Positions 43,998 through 57,450 of a DNA stretch of 64,000 nucleotides are shown here, piece by piece (position 1 is the stretch's first letter; each line of letters starts with the position of its first letter). Under the pieces are notes generated by a model. That model did not search any database. It had not been told where the DNA came from and saw only the letters and a program-made list of their open reading frames with translations. Where the stretch lies: contig OX597824.1 in NCBI GenBank assembly GCA_951406725.2, positions 16,368,001 to 16,432,000 on the forward strand, in the 5' to 3' direction. The position numbers were made by a program, and so were the translations under genes. This stretch comes from Octopus vulgaris. Taxonomy: Eukaryota.

Positions 43998-44126
43998 CAA
44001 AATAAGCAACAAGAATGGCTCCGGTAATGTGGTACAATCGTTTGGTACTACATCATTTGATGTAGTAATGATGTAGTACGAAACGATTGTACCAAATTAC
44101 CGGAGTCATTCTTGTTGCTTATTTTG
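43998..44126. repeat. Foldback inverted repeat (about 60-bp arms)
   Basis: CAAAATAAGCAACAAGAATGGCTCCGGTAAT...CTACATCATT versus AATGATGTAG...ATTACCGGAGTCATTCTTGTTGCTTATTTTG, about 3 mismatches. Confidence 0.9.
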
Positions 44127-45666
44127 ATTATAATCAACCCACAAATTTTTATGGATAACACCATACAAAATTCTAGTGCATTTAAATTAAGTACCATATT
44201 CATTTGAATCTAAATTTTTGCTTAATTTATATATATATATATATATATATTTCATGGTTGGTTTTTAGATGCATAGTCATGTACATGTTTTCTTTGCTCT
44301 GTTCTCGCTGTTATTAGAAAGCGGAATGGCGTCTTTTTCCCTATAGAGTACTTGCTGAACTGAATTCGTCATTGCGATTCAATTCTACGCTACCTCAGAT
44401 TAACTGCCTTTCTAATGCTATAGAGAAATTCAAAGATCTCAATAGATAATCTGATCCACCTGTTCACTTGCGTGTCTTACACATTCTTTATACACCAACT
44501 CAATTTCAATTTAAACGACCTTTGATCAAAGATGTTCAACTCATGCCAATTGTAAGGTGTTTTTTCCCCAATAATATTACGTCTGAAATATTTGCAGAAG
44601 ACGTGGTTTCGTGTTCCCCGAGCTACCTTCGACGTTTTCCCTTTATAAGTTATTCTTTAACACGCCATTATTTATAGCTTCATCTACTTCGATTTTCACA
44701 ATTAAAAAAAAAGATCAATGAATTCATTTTTCTTTTCACCTCATCGTGTATATCCTTTGTATTTAAGAATTCGTAGTAAAGTGTAATTTTAGGAAGTCTT
44801 GGCTGGTATTTCTAGCTGTACGTATAATCGTATAGAAGTTCAACGGCTGAATAGTACGGACAGTATATCTAGGGATCAATGCGAAATTGTCAATAGAAAA
44901 GAATAGAATTCTCCTATCGTCAGGTCTGGGTATCTGAAGTCTCAGACAAGACTGCCACTCTTCAGAACACACTACAACCTTGTGATACAGCTACACGCTT
45001 TGCCTGAGTCTTTTCTCGCTAGTTGTTCATGTCAAATCTCCGACTTTGTTAATGTTACCCAATCCTGTTTTCTGTCTACTCGTCAGCTTTTGAAGCGGGT
45101 ACACAGTTTCCGGATCCTAATAACGTGGGTAAAACATTGCAAAATTTTGGCATCTAATAATTGTAACCAGTTTTTGTTCTGGTCTCAGGACAGAAATGTT
45201 TCTCGAATCGAGGACAGAAATGTTTGTTCCACCGGTTTCACAACTAGCTGGCAACTTTTGCCTATAGAATGTCAGCTGAGGTGCTTGGTCCTTGCCACTC
45301 ACAGGAACCATGATGCAGAGTTATGCAACTCTATTAGCCACATCAGGGTTTTCAGAAGCTTTTGCTTGATGTTTTAGTGAGCGCATATTCAGTAAAAAAA
45401 AAACCTTGACCAAAGTACGGAGAATGATCCATAGTTTGAGATAGACTTAAGGAGATTCTTCAATACCAAATCCAACCACAGTATGGATAGCTTTTTCCAC
45501 CACTAATAACACCATCAAAACCATCATCTTCACCACTACCACCACCATCGTCATTATCACTACCTTCACCACAATCATTATCGATGCTTCGATAATCCCC
45601 ACCTTTATCGCTACCACAACAAATACCAACCACCTGGACAACCGACGTAACCAGCACCAGTACCAT

Positions 45667-45892
45667 CCGTTCAAGAATTTGGATCTGGGGATCTCCATTT
45701 CCAGCAACTTCAAGGGCCACCTCCCAGTGGTGTCGGGCGTCAACGAAGAGTCCTCGACTATAACAAGACGACCAAAGTTTTTTTTCCAAGGTCTGGGGTC
45801 TCCTGTCCCTAAGCCCTAGACCATCACCTAATCACCCTTACCCGTCTTGTTGCTTAACAACAACAGCAGCAGCAGCAGTAGTAGTAGTAGTT

Positions 45893-45929
<37 letters not shown>

Positions 45930-46135
45930 CAGCAGCAGCAGCCGTTCAAGAATTTGGACCTGGAGATCTCCTTTTCCAGCGACTTCGAGGGCCACCTCCC
46001 AGTGGTGTCGAGCGTCAACGAAGAGCCCTCGACTATAACAAGACGACCAAAGTTTTTTTTTTCCAAGGTCTGGGGTCTCCTACCCCTAAGCCCTAGACCA
46101 TCACCTAATCACCCTTACCCGTCTTGTTGCCCAAC
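45667..46135 (+). repeat. Local direct duplication of about 190 bp
   Basis: 45667-45853 and 45941-46130 are near-identical and separated by (AGT)/(AGC)n. Confidence 0.9.
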
Positions 46136-47379
46136 AACAACAACAACAACAGCAACAGCACCAGTACCAGCAACTCCACTACAACAAACACAAAACAATC
46201 ACTTCCACCGAAAACTCACAATTTCCAGCACCACCACCGACGCCGCGTCTCCACCGCTGCCTCTTTCACCTCTATCGCTTCCGCCACTTCCACCACTTCC
46301 GCTTCCACCACTTCCGCTACTTCCGCCACTTCCGCTTCCACCACTTCCGCTTCTACCGCTACCGCCATTACTGCCACCCCAGCTACCGCGGCCGTTGCCA
46401 CCACCACCAACAAAACATCTCTACTGCTGCTAATATCTCCGCTACAAACAAAATCTCCACCATCACCAACATCACACACATCTCCTCGCCATCTTCAAAG
46501 TTATGGTAAAGACAGGATAACGACAGGGCTTATCTTTAATGTCTGATTGAATAAAATACTTTGTGGCGTTTGTTCAGGATCGCAAATTGGAGGGTTTCGA
46601 TGAAGAGGGCAGACATATTACTTGTTGCCGGATGGAACCATTACTTTAGAAACCATTACTTGCTAAATCCGGTGGGATTAACTGGAGCGATGTTAGGGAC
46701 CTGATTTTCAAAGACTCGAAACACGCTACAACTTACGTAATACCCAAGTATTGCAGATGACCTATGAGTTGTTGAAACCAATATAAACATGGCGATTGTT
46801 TCATCTTCAAAGACGTCTACCGTCTCTTACAGTTTTCTTCTGGTCAATGGCATTTCTGACATTCCGTCTATGACCTCTCGGTTCACTATTTAGTCCCGCT
46901 GCAGATCTGCATGTTTTGAGGTATAGGTGGCAGACGACAGTTGTAACTTCAAATGCATTGTTCGGGTTATTCTGTCCAATCTGGTCTCTATGAACCGCCA
47001 TGTCTTTCTTTAGATAGATGGTGTTGCTGTTATGCTAAACTATCATTTCTCAAAATTTGGCCGAATGCGTTATTTTTCAATACTTATTTTTGCTTGCAAT
47101 TACCGGTTCTTTTGGTCGAGCTATCGTATCTCCGGGCTTTTTAAGATGCCAAGATATCAACAATTGTCAAAGTGTCAAACAACGGTTTTACTATGGAATG
47201 GAGAAACTAATTTTTCGTTTTCTACTAAAGCAACGTTTTGGACTTACGACACTTTTGAATAATAGCAACGATGTACGTAAGTTTGTATATAAGTACGCAT
47301 TATTTAAGTTGTATATATGCATGTATTTAAGTGATATATATATGTATATATAAATATATATATATACATATATATATGC

Positions 47380-47412
<33 letters not shown>

Positions 47413-47419
47413 TATATAG

Positions 47420-47707
47420 TACGTTTATATATTTGTTGTGCAAGATTTTTTATGTGAAGTCGTGTGTTGAAACAGATATTATATTTCGGAATGGTCATTT
47501 TGCCAGTTTAGCCAATAAAAACACACGCACTATATATTTGGTGTTACTTTGCTTCAGTGTTATTTATTTTTTACATTAATCTTAATCTTATTTCGGCCAG
47601 AGTTCTTTCGTCACACCCCTGTGACCGCATCAGTGGTCCTTTGTTTTCTTCTTTCTTATTTGTGTCTCTCCTTACAAACCGTTAGACATTTTGTATTTCT
47701 ATAGAAA
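47420..47707 (-). mobile_element. Repeat family F with an HHR-like motif (47595-47639)
   Basis: Homologous to 62941-63240. Minus strand: GGACCA-CTGATGC-G-GTCACA(GGGG)TGTGAC-GAAAG-AA-CTC-TGGCC. Confidence 0.7.
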
Positions 47708-47857
47708 GTGAAGCGAGTACACAGTTTCCGGATCCTAATAACGTGGATAAAACATTGCAAAATTTTGGCATCTAATAATTGTTACCAGTTTTTGTTCTGG
47801 TCTCAGGACAGAAATGTTTCTCGAATCGAGGACAGAAATGTTTGTTCCACATATGTA

Positions 47858-47968
<111 letters not shown>

Positions 47969-48693
47969 ATGCAGGTATTTGTGTGTAATATATATCTTTA
48001 CAATACACACACACAAACAAACACACTCACACACATATATAAATATCTGTGAATATAAACATCTTAAATCTTGCTTCAGTCTTTAGAATGCGGCCACGCT
48101 GGGGCAGTGCCTCAAAGAATTTTGATCGTACTTTTAAAGCCTGGTATTTATTTGTCCATTTCTTTGGCCGAAGCGCTAATTTATGGGACGTAAACACACC
48201 AACACCTATTGCCAAGCGGTGGTAGGGGACAACCACAGACAAACACGGGCTCACACACACACAAACAAACACACATACACGCACACATACACAGGCACAC
48301 ATACACATACACACATACACAAGGTGAGTGTAATGGCGACGATAGAAAAGACAGCAGCCGTGGTGGTAGTGGTAGTGGGAGTGGGAGTCATAATAATGAT
48401 GACAAAGACGGCGGGGGCGACGACGACGAGAAAGAGGACAATAATGTAAAGGAAGAGGGGAGGGAGATGTGGAAGGCGGTGGCGCTGGTTGACGTTTGTG
48501 TTACTTTCCGTGCAAACGATGGTAGCGGTTGCGAGGTTATTGTAGTGAGAGCTGATATAACAGTGATAATGACCTTATCCTGATCGGAGACGGTCCATTG
48601 CCTCTACCATTGGCCCTGGTTAAATTTGCACTTCTATGTCGGAAATTCCCAATATACACACATGCATACATACATACATACATACATAAATAC

Positions 48694-48743
<50 letters not shown>

Positions 48744-48812
48744 GCATACACACACATGCACACACATACATATGATCTACATGTATATATATATATATAT
48801 ACATAAATATAT

Positions 48813-48859
<47 letters not shown>

Positions 48860-48861
48860 TA

Positions 48862-49062
48862 AAGTTAATCCAAACATGAAAGCACAAAAAAACACAACAA
48901 CGCGAGGACGTGGAACAAATATAGTATTAGTGGACGCTCAGGAAAGAAGGGAAGAAGGAGGGTTTAAGGTTTCGAGCGGAGCTCTTCGTTGGAAACATGG
49001 GAGAAGGAAAGAAGAGAGAAGACAGATGAAAAAAAATCGCCAACGGTACACACGAGGTCATA
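48862..49062 (-). mobile_element. Short repeat family D
   Basis: Homologous to the other D copies; the motif is decayed (CCAACGA...GAAACCTT). Confidence 0.8.
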
Positions 49063-49085
49063 TTTTATGTATATACATATACATA

Positions 49086-49245
49086 AAAGAGTGATGACAG
49101 CTGAGTAGACGTCCATTATGCTAGATGTAGACCCCATATGGTCTGACCGCTAAGAAAAGATTGAAAACCATCTTTTCTTAGTGGTCATACGATATGGGGT
49201 CAACATCTAGCATAATGGATGTCCACTTATTGGTCATCCCTCTTA
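49086..49245. repeat. Foldback inverted repeat (about 75-bp arms, 8-nt loop)
   Basis: ...GTCCATTATGCTAGATGTAGACCCCATATGGTCTGACCGCTAAGAAAAGAT-TGAAAACC-ATCTTTTCTTAGTGGTCATACGATATGGGGTCAACATCTAGCATAATGGAT... Confidence 0.88.
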
Positions 49246-49377
49246 TAGGTATGTAATACAATTTTTCTGAATCTTCAGAGTTTTTCAAAATGGTAGGCCA
49301 CTGGTTTTAAATTGATATTAATCAAATTAATATTGAATTTTTCACTCTTATTATTTAAATTTAACACACACACACAA

Positions 49378-49410
<33 letters not shown>

Positions 49411-49413
49411 CAC

Positions 49414-49453
<40 letters not shown>

Positions 49454-49471
49454 GCATCTGTATATATAAAT

Positions 49472-49760
49472 GACCAAAGCCTTGTGAGTGGATTTGGTAG
49501 ACGGAAACTGAAAGAAGCCCGTCGTATATATGCATATGTATGCGTGTGTGTGTTTGTGTGTCTGTGTTTGTCCCCCTAGCATTGCTTGACAACCGATGCT
49601 GGTGTGTGTGTTTACGTCCCCGTTACTTAGCGGTTCGGCAAAAGAGACCGATACAATAAGTACTGGGCTTACGAAAGAATAAGTCCCGGGGTCGAGTTGC
49701 TCGATTAAAGGCGGTGCTCCAGCATGGCCACAGTCAAATGACTGAAACAAGGAAAGAGTA
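49472..49760 (+). mobile_element. SINE family A, 5'-truncated
   Basis: Body and tail homology. Confidence 0.9.
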
Positions 49761-49785
49761 ATATGTAAATATGTATATATATATG

Positions 49786-49830
<45 letters not shown>

Positions 49831-50081
49831 TATACACATACATGTATACATGCATATCTATTTATAATGGTCACCCTCCTCTATTAATTTGTTTCATTTG
49901 TTTGTTTGCAGTGAGTTGCGGCGGAGGATATTTTAATTACATTGTTGTCTGTGAACGGGTCCCTGCAAAACGAGGGGCAAGGTGGCGCCTGTATAATAAC
50001 AGTGATTAACAATGTCTACCAACAGCAGAATTGTTTGGCATTATTCATTCTGGGGGTTAATAGTCTGACTGCTATCCATTC

Positions 50082-50161
<80 letters not shown>

Positions 50162-50174
50162 GTCTATCTATCTA

Positions 50175-50218
<44 letters not shown>

Positions 50219-50230
50219 TATATGTATATA

Positions 50231-50287
<57 letters not shown>

Positions 50288-50354
50288 GTATCTATCTATC
50301 TATCTTTCTATCTATCTGTCTATTTAACTATCTATCTATATCTGTCTGAATATA

Positions 50355-50403
<49 letters not shown>

Positions 50404-50594
50404 GGTGCCCCAGCATGGCCACAGCTTGTGAACTGAAACTAAATAAAATAAAATTTAAAAAATACATACAATTTATATATATACATACATGCAGGTAAAA
50501 CCATGTAAGTACTACGGAGGGATAGCTGTTAGACTCCCGGTTCGGTAATCGTATGAGTGAGGAGTGTAACGGGGGGCGTGCGTGAGCATGTATA

Positions 50595-51616
50595 TGTTGA
50601 ATAAAATGAGTTCCCGCCGTTATTTTGAATGTTGGTATTTATTGCCTTTTTAAATTTTGGAATTCTATTTTTGAATCATATTGGAATCTATTTTTTTCTC
50701 TCTAGTTAATTTTAGTTAATTTTTGCTTATTTTCAGATCATTAAAATGGAATGTCAAGTTAAGAAAAACGAGCATTTTCGACACCTCCTTTTTGCTTTTA
50801 ATCAAGGTTCTAAGGCCGCAAAAGCTACTCCTGCCATAGCTGAAAGAACCCTTCATAATTGGTATGCCAAGTTCAAAATTGGAAATTTTGGCCTCAAAGA
50901 CGCACCTCGTTCTGGCCGTCCAGCTGAGTTCGATGAGGAGCAATTAAACTAACTTTTGCACGAAAATTCTCGTCAAATGACAAGGGAACTGGCAGTGAAA
51001 ATGGAATGCTTCCACACTGCTATAGAGAAGCATCTTCACTCAATGGGAAAGGTCCAGAAGTATGGAGCATGGATTCTGCATGCTTTAAGTGATTACAACA
51101 AAAGTCAACGAGCCACAATATCCGCTGGTTTGTTTGCTCGTCACCGCTCAACTCATGGACACAAGCAACGATTTTTTTACCGAATCGTTACTAGTGCCTG
51201 TACATCAATATGAAGCAGCGTAAAGAATGGCTTAGCCCTGGTAAACAAGCGACACCGCGAGTGAAACAAGATATTCATCCGCGTAAAACGATGTTGTGCG
51301 TATGGTGGGACTGGAAAGGGATTATCCATTACGAATTGCTTGAACGGAACCAAACTATCAACGTGGAACTCTATGTTCAACGGTTGGAACGACTCAACAC
51401 GGCTATTGAAGAGAAAAGACCTATTCGGCAGCATGGAGTTCTTCTGCTGCACGACAACGCCCGCCCTCATTTCGCCAAAATGACCAAGGAAGCCGTTCAA
51501 ACTCATGGCTGGGAAGTCCTACCACATTCGTTGTATTCTTCTGATTTGGCACCAACGGATTTTCACCTCTTTCGATCTCTTTCAAATACTATGTGCGGAG
51601 TTTCGTTCAATTCTGA
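50595..51616 (+). mobile_element. Mariner (Mos1-like, DD34D class) transposon, decayed and 3'-truncated; transposase pseudogene 50746-51616
   Basis: WYAKFK..DAPRSGRP; GAWILHAL (WVPHEL-like); RIVT with GDEKW deleted and a frameshift; [19 protein letters not shown]; [10 protein letters not shown]; [23 protein letters not shown]. In-frame stop at about 50950. Confidence 0.95.
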
Positions 51617-51658
51617 CATGCATACATACATAGATATATATCATATATATATACATAC

Positions 51659-51734
<76 letters not shown>

Positions 51735-51759
51735 GTGTATACACACGCATATACATGTC

Positions 51760-52003
51760 CCAAAGATCAAAGAGGAAAAGGATCCCGTCACCTTTAAACG
51801 GAACCTGGACAAATATTTTCAAGATAAGCCACCAATACCTGGGTACGACTCACTCAACAAGAACTCCCTGCAGAAATGGGCCACGATTCCACAATACTTG
51901 ACTTAAAAAGGATTTAGTAAGTCCTATCAGGTTATGCGATTAAGTTAGACATGGCCTGAACCAATCGTTGGTCGAAATATATCTAATTTAACTATTTAAC
52001 TAC
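51760..52003 (+). mobile_element. CR1-type LINE 3' end (ORF2 C-terminus, 3' UTR, short tandem tail)
   Basis: [40 protein letters not shown] fits the FKxxLDKY...PGY...NSL end of invertebrate CR1-like ORF2; tail (TTTAACTA)2. Confidence 0.7.
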
Positions 52004-52013
52004 TATATATATA

Positions 52014-52583
52014 CACAGACATGCAAGAAGTAAATAGACACCTATAATTTTCAAGCTCTTTTATTTGATATTAATTGGTTGATAGGGAGGTTTTTCTTCT
52101 AGCGGCTCGTCCATAATACCTAAGCTTATGCAGATATGTAACACACGTTCTTGGACTTACTGGTTTGCAATGTCAGAAGCCCTCGAACGGGGTTCGGTTT
52201 CCACAATTCTCTTCAAACAGCGAAGAGTCCTTTCCGAGGGCCCAGGTCGGCCGGGATGAGAATCTGTTGATTCTTTTCCTTGGCTTTTGAATTGCACTAT
52301 AATTCTATTAACAGTAGCAAGAGGAATTTGAAGATTTTCGGCAATTTTTCGCTGGCTAGGACCAGCCTCAGATTGCCCAACAATACGACCTCTTTGAAAA
52401 CCTAAGAGTGCTGCTGAATTTTTTGTGCGTGGCATGGTTACTCTTCGCAAATATTTAATATAATGGCACCTGGAATGAAAAAGAATAATTACATTGTAAA
52501 TTCTACATCGCTGAAAACATATTAAGACGCTTAGATCAGAAATTTTGAAAATTAAAGGTGTCTATTTACTTCCTGCATGTCTT

Positions 52584-52585
<2 letters not shown>
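52014..52585 (-). mobile_element. Internally deleted Tc1-like element with both TIRs and TA target
   Basis: About 40-bp TIRs CACAGACATGCAAGAAGTAAATAGACACCTATAATTTTCAA / TTGAAAATTAAAGGTGTCTATTTACTTCCTGCATGTCTTTG. The minus ORF FQRGRIVGQSEAGPSQRKIAENLQIPLATVNRII...PGRPG...YGRAARRKP is the Tc1 paired-like HTH region; the DDE domain is absent. Confidence 0.92.
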
Positions 52586-52629
<44 letters not shown>

Positions 52630-53162
52630 TGCACGCACACACATATATTCTAGTAGTGTATTTGAGCATGTGTGAATATGTGAAATAGTGTGTATATATG
52701 GCTGTGTGTATTTGCCCATGTATGCGTATATATGTATGACCGTGCGGTGTGAGAGCATTAGCTGGTACGTGAGAATGAGTGTATGTAAGGTATGGATGTA
52801 TGTATGTGTGTGGACAAGTACGGTTGTGTGGAATGTTGTGCGGATGGATATGCGTAAGTGTTTTGACATGTGTTTTTCTAGGCATTTGCAAGTATATATA
52901 TATGCATGTATGTGTTTCCGTACAGAAAACAAAAAAAAAAAAGAATGTGCCAAAAAAAAAAAACAAAAACAAAACAAAAACAAAAAAAAATGGAAAGCGA
53001 AGAGAGGGAGAGAGACAGAGAAAATATGAGAAGGAAAGGAGAAAAGAAAGCAAAATTGAAAAGGTGGGAGAACGGAGGATGGGATTAGTGAATAATTGGA
53101 AATCAGAAAAAAGAATTGACCAATGGAGTGACAGATAATGAGATACACTAGTATATAACATG

Positions 53163-53199
<37 letters not shown>

Positions 53200-53243
53200 C
53201 TCCCCACACACATATATATACAACGCCTATATATATATATATA

Positions 53244-53283
53244 TTCTTCTTCTCCTTCTTCTTCTTCTTCTTCCTCCTCTTTC

Positions 53284-53315
<32 letters not shown>

Positions 53316-53424
53316 TTCTTCCTCTTCTTCTCCTTCTTCTTGTTCTTGTTCTTCTTCTTCTCCTTCTTCCTCTTCTTCTTCCACTTCTTCTCCTTCTTCT
53401 TCTTCTCCTTCTTCTTCTCCTTCT

Positions 53425-53457
<33 letters not shown>

Positions 53458-53523
53458 CCTTCTTCTTCTCCTTCTTCTTCTCCTTCTTCTTCTTCTTCTT
53501 CTTCTTCTTCTTCCTCTTCCTCT

Positions 53524-53588
<65 letters not shown>

Positions 53589-53642
53589 TTCTTCTTCCTC
53601 TTCTTCTCCTTCTTCCTCTTCTTCTTCTTCTTCTTCCTCTTT
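53244..53642 (+). repeat. (CTT)n polypyrimidine tract
   Basis: Direct reading. Confidence 0.95.
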
Positions 53643-53688
53643 GTATATATATATATATATATATGCCCACACACACACACACATATAT

Positions 53689-53821
<133 letters not shown>

Positions 53822-53830
53822 CATATATAC

Positions 53831-53881
<51 letters not shown>

Positions 53882-53904
53882 CATATATATATATACATAC
53901 ATAT

Positions 53905-54025
<121 letters not shown>

Positions 54026-54393
54026 GATGTATATGGATGTATATGTGTGTGTGTGTGTGTATGTTTACGTAGAGAGATATAGGAATTTTTATGAGTATAA
54101 TGAGTAGGAGTAAGAGAGAGGGATAGATAGATTGATAGAGAGAGAGAGAGAGAGAGATATGGGGAGGGAGATAGAGAGAGGGATGGGAGAGAGAGGAGCA
54201 ATAAGTAAAAGAGAGAGAGAGAGACTGTCTGTGGGAAAACGGTTGGTCAGCGAGTGAATGAGCGGTTCTGTCTGGACGGAGAAGAAAGGAGTGGAATGAG
54301 AAAGAACGAAGGAGAGCAATAAAGGAGAGGAAGGGGAAGTGTGAGGTGAAGAGGGGAGAGCTATAGACAATGTGTGAAATAGTAAAGGAAAGA

Positions 54394-54878
<485 letters not shown>

Positions 54879-55664
54879 GGAGTGAAACACAAAGGCGTTT
54901 AGAGGATAATAAAGTGTTTTTGACAAATTTTCCACAGGGTGTATATAATTGTATAGTTAGCCAACAAACGGGTATTTTATATACGACATATCCACAACAT
55001 CGTATCTATAGGGCCTTTGGTATTTCCTTCAATTTGTGCGTTTCAATATTTACGGGTGAAAACTGGAGGGCATCGCATATAATTCCAGGTGTCAACACGC
55101 AAGGTACGCGTTGGCGGGGTTTGGTTTACATTCCAGCATAAGCAGTCACATATGCGTACCTGTGTGTGTTTGTGTGTGTGTGCACGCGTGTGTAAATGTA
55201 TTTATATATACGTATATATAAATGTACATCTATCTATCTGTCTGTCTGTCTGTCTATGTATCTTTCTTTACACACGCATACATACATACATGTGTGCATA
55301 CATACATACATGCATACATGCGTGCATACATACATGCATACACACATACACGCATACATAATACATACATGCATACATACATACATGCATACATACATAC
55401 ATGCATGCATTCATACATACATACATACATACATACATACATGCGAGCATACACACATACATATATACATACATACATACATACATACATGCGAGCATAC
55501 ACACATACATATATACATATATACATACATACATACATACATACATGCGAGCATACACACATACATATATACATATATACATACATACATGCGAACATGC
55601 ATTCATTCATACATACATACATACATACATACATACATACATACATTCATACATACATACATAC

Positions 55665-55960
55665 GTGAGAGAGGGGCAAAAGTATGTACGATTATTGAGG
55701 TTAACGGCCCTGCGTATGTAAATATCTGAAAATCAAAGACAAAGAGGATATCCATGGACAACTGCTTCGAAATCTCCAGCTTCTATATCCAAACTATGAG
55801 CTCTAGGTTTTGTGAGTGGAACAGTAAAAATATGCAAGGCTTTTCTCAAGTCCCAAATGTGGATTCGCGTGTGTTAACGACATCCCAAAGATGCAGCTTT
55901 GTATCTTTGTTGGAAACCGGCTCCTTCCTCAGTGGAAGATATATAATGATTAAAAAAATT
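55665..55960 (+). mobile_element. Internally deleted RLE-type non-LTR fragment plus 3' UTR
   Basis: CTIIEVNGPAYVNI / KIKDKEDIHGQLLRNLQLLYPNYEL / GTVKICKAFLK; homologous to 29378-29955. Confidence 0.72.
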
Positions 55961-55975
55961 AGAAGAGAAATACAT

Positions 55976-56151
55976 GCAGGAGTGGCTGTGTGGTAAGTAG
56001 CTTGCTAACCAACCACATACATGGTTCCGGGTTCAGTCCCACTGCGTGGCATCTTGGGCAAGTGTCTTCTGCTATAGCCCCGGGCCGACCAATGCCTTTG
56101 TGAGTGGATTTGGTAGACGGAAACTGAAAGAAGCCCGTCGTATATATGTAG

Positions 56152-56185
<34 letters not shown>

Positions 56186-56398
56186 TTGTGTGTCTGTGTT
56201 TGTCCCCCTAGCATTGCTTGACAACCGATGCTGGTGTGTGCTTACGTCCCCGTCACTTAGCGGTTCGGCAGAAGAGACCGATAGAATAAGTACTGGGCTT
56301 ACAAAGAATAAGTCCCGGGGTCGATTTGCTCGACTAAAAAGCGGTGCTCCAGCATGGCCGCAGTCAAATGACTGAAACAAATAAGAGAGTAAAAGAGT
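55976..56398 (+). mobile_element. SINE family A, full length
   Basis: Head to tail homology, with a 4-bp insertion in the head. Confidence 0.92.
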
Positions 56399-56409
56399 AT
56401 ATACATACA

Positions 56410-56905
56410 TAGAGAGGAGCAACTGTACAGTAGTGGAAATCAGCTGCCCAGCGGTTGCTAACATAAAGTTAAAGATCAGGGAAAATGAAAATACCTACGC
56501 TGAACAATTGAGGAATCTACAGCTACACTATCCAGATTACAATTTCTGATTTATACCTGTAGTAATTGAAACAATGCATAAGTGACAATCTTGAGTAATT
56601 AGACTTCGAACAACCGGAAAGAAGAAAGCTGATTCGAAGGCAAGAGATCCAAGCCAACTCAGTTTATCATTTAAGTATATATTGCATGTCTAGATATGCA
56701 AGTATATGCATGAGAATACATACATCAAAGAAAACACGCAAATTTATGCCTATAATTACATACATATATACATATATATATATTACATAGATACAAAAAT
56801 ACCCTGCTGGTGTTGAAATACCAATGAATGATCCTTGGATCTAGGTTAGAAACCGGCTCTTTCTCTATTGGCAGAAAATCTTGAAATAAAACTGAACAAT
56901 GACAT
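56410..56905 (+). mobile_element. RLE-type non-LTR fragment plus 3' UTR
   Basis: CTVVEISCPAVANIKLKIRENENTYAEQLRNLQLHYPDYNF*FIPVVI...FEQPERRKLIRRQEIQA. Confidence 0.78.
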
Positions 56906-56924
56906 ATATACACACATATGTATA

Positions 56925-56978
<54 letters not shown>

Positions 56979-57101
56979 CACACATACATATACATACACG
57001 CACGTGAACACGCACATTCTCACACGAACGCAAACAGATGCACGCGCACACACATACACACACATACACACACACATGCACATACACACACACACACATA
57101 T

Positions 57102-57167
<66 letters not shown>

Positions 57168-57169
57168 TA

Positions 57170-57395
57170 GGCGGTGAGCTGGTACAAACGTTAGCACGCC
57201 GGGCGAAATGTGCAGCCGTATTTCGTCTGTCGTTACGTTCCGAGTTCAAATTCCGCCGAGGTCGACTTTGCCTTTCATCCTTTCGGGGTCGATAAATTTA
57301 GTACCAGTTACGCACTGGGGTCGATGTAGTCGACTTAATCCCTTTGTCTGTCCTTGTTTGTCCCCTCTGTGTTTAGCTCCTTGTGGGTAGTAAAG

Positions 57396-57400
<5 letters not shown>
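57170..57400 (+). mobile_element. SINE family B with tail 1, full length
   Basis: GGCGGTGAGCTGG...GAGTTCAAATTCC (B box)...GTGGGTAGTAAAGAAATA, within (TA)n. Confidence 0.92.

Positions 57401-57450
<50 letters not shown>

Noticed and set aside
44880-44945. FRYPDLTIGEFYSFLL resembling a NACHT-associated FxHxTxQEF motif
   Set aside because: A weak resemblance in a stop-ridden frame, with no P-loop nearby.
45954-46546. Pro-rich and Thr/Ser-rich mucin-like ORFs (also 61369-61870)
   Set aside because: Derived from ACC/CCG low-complexity repeats and adjacent SINE sequence; no splice or domain support.
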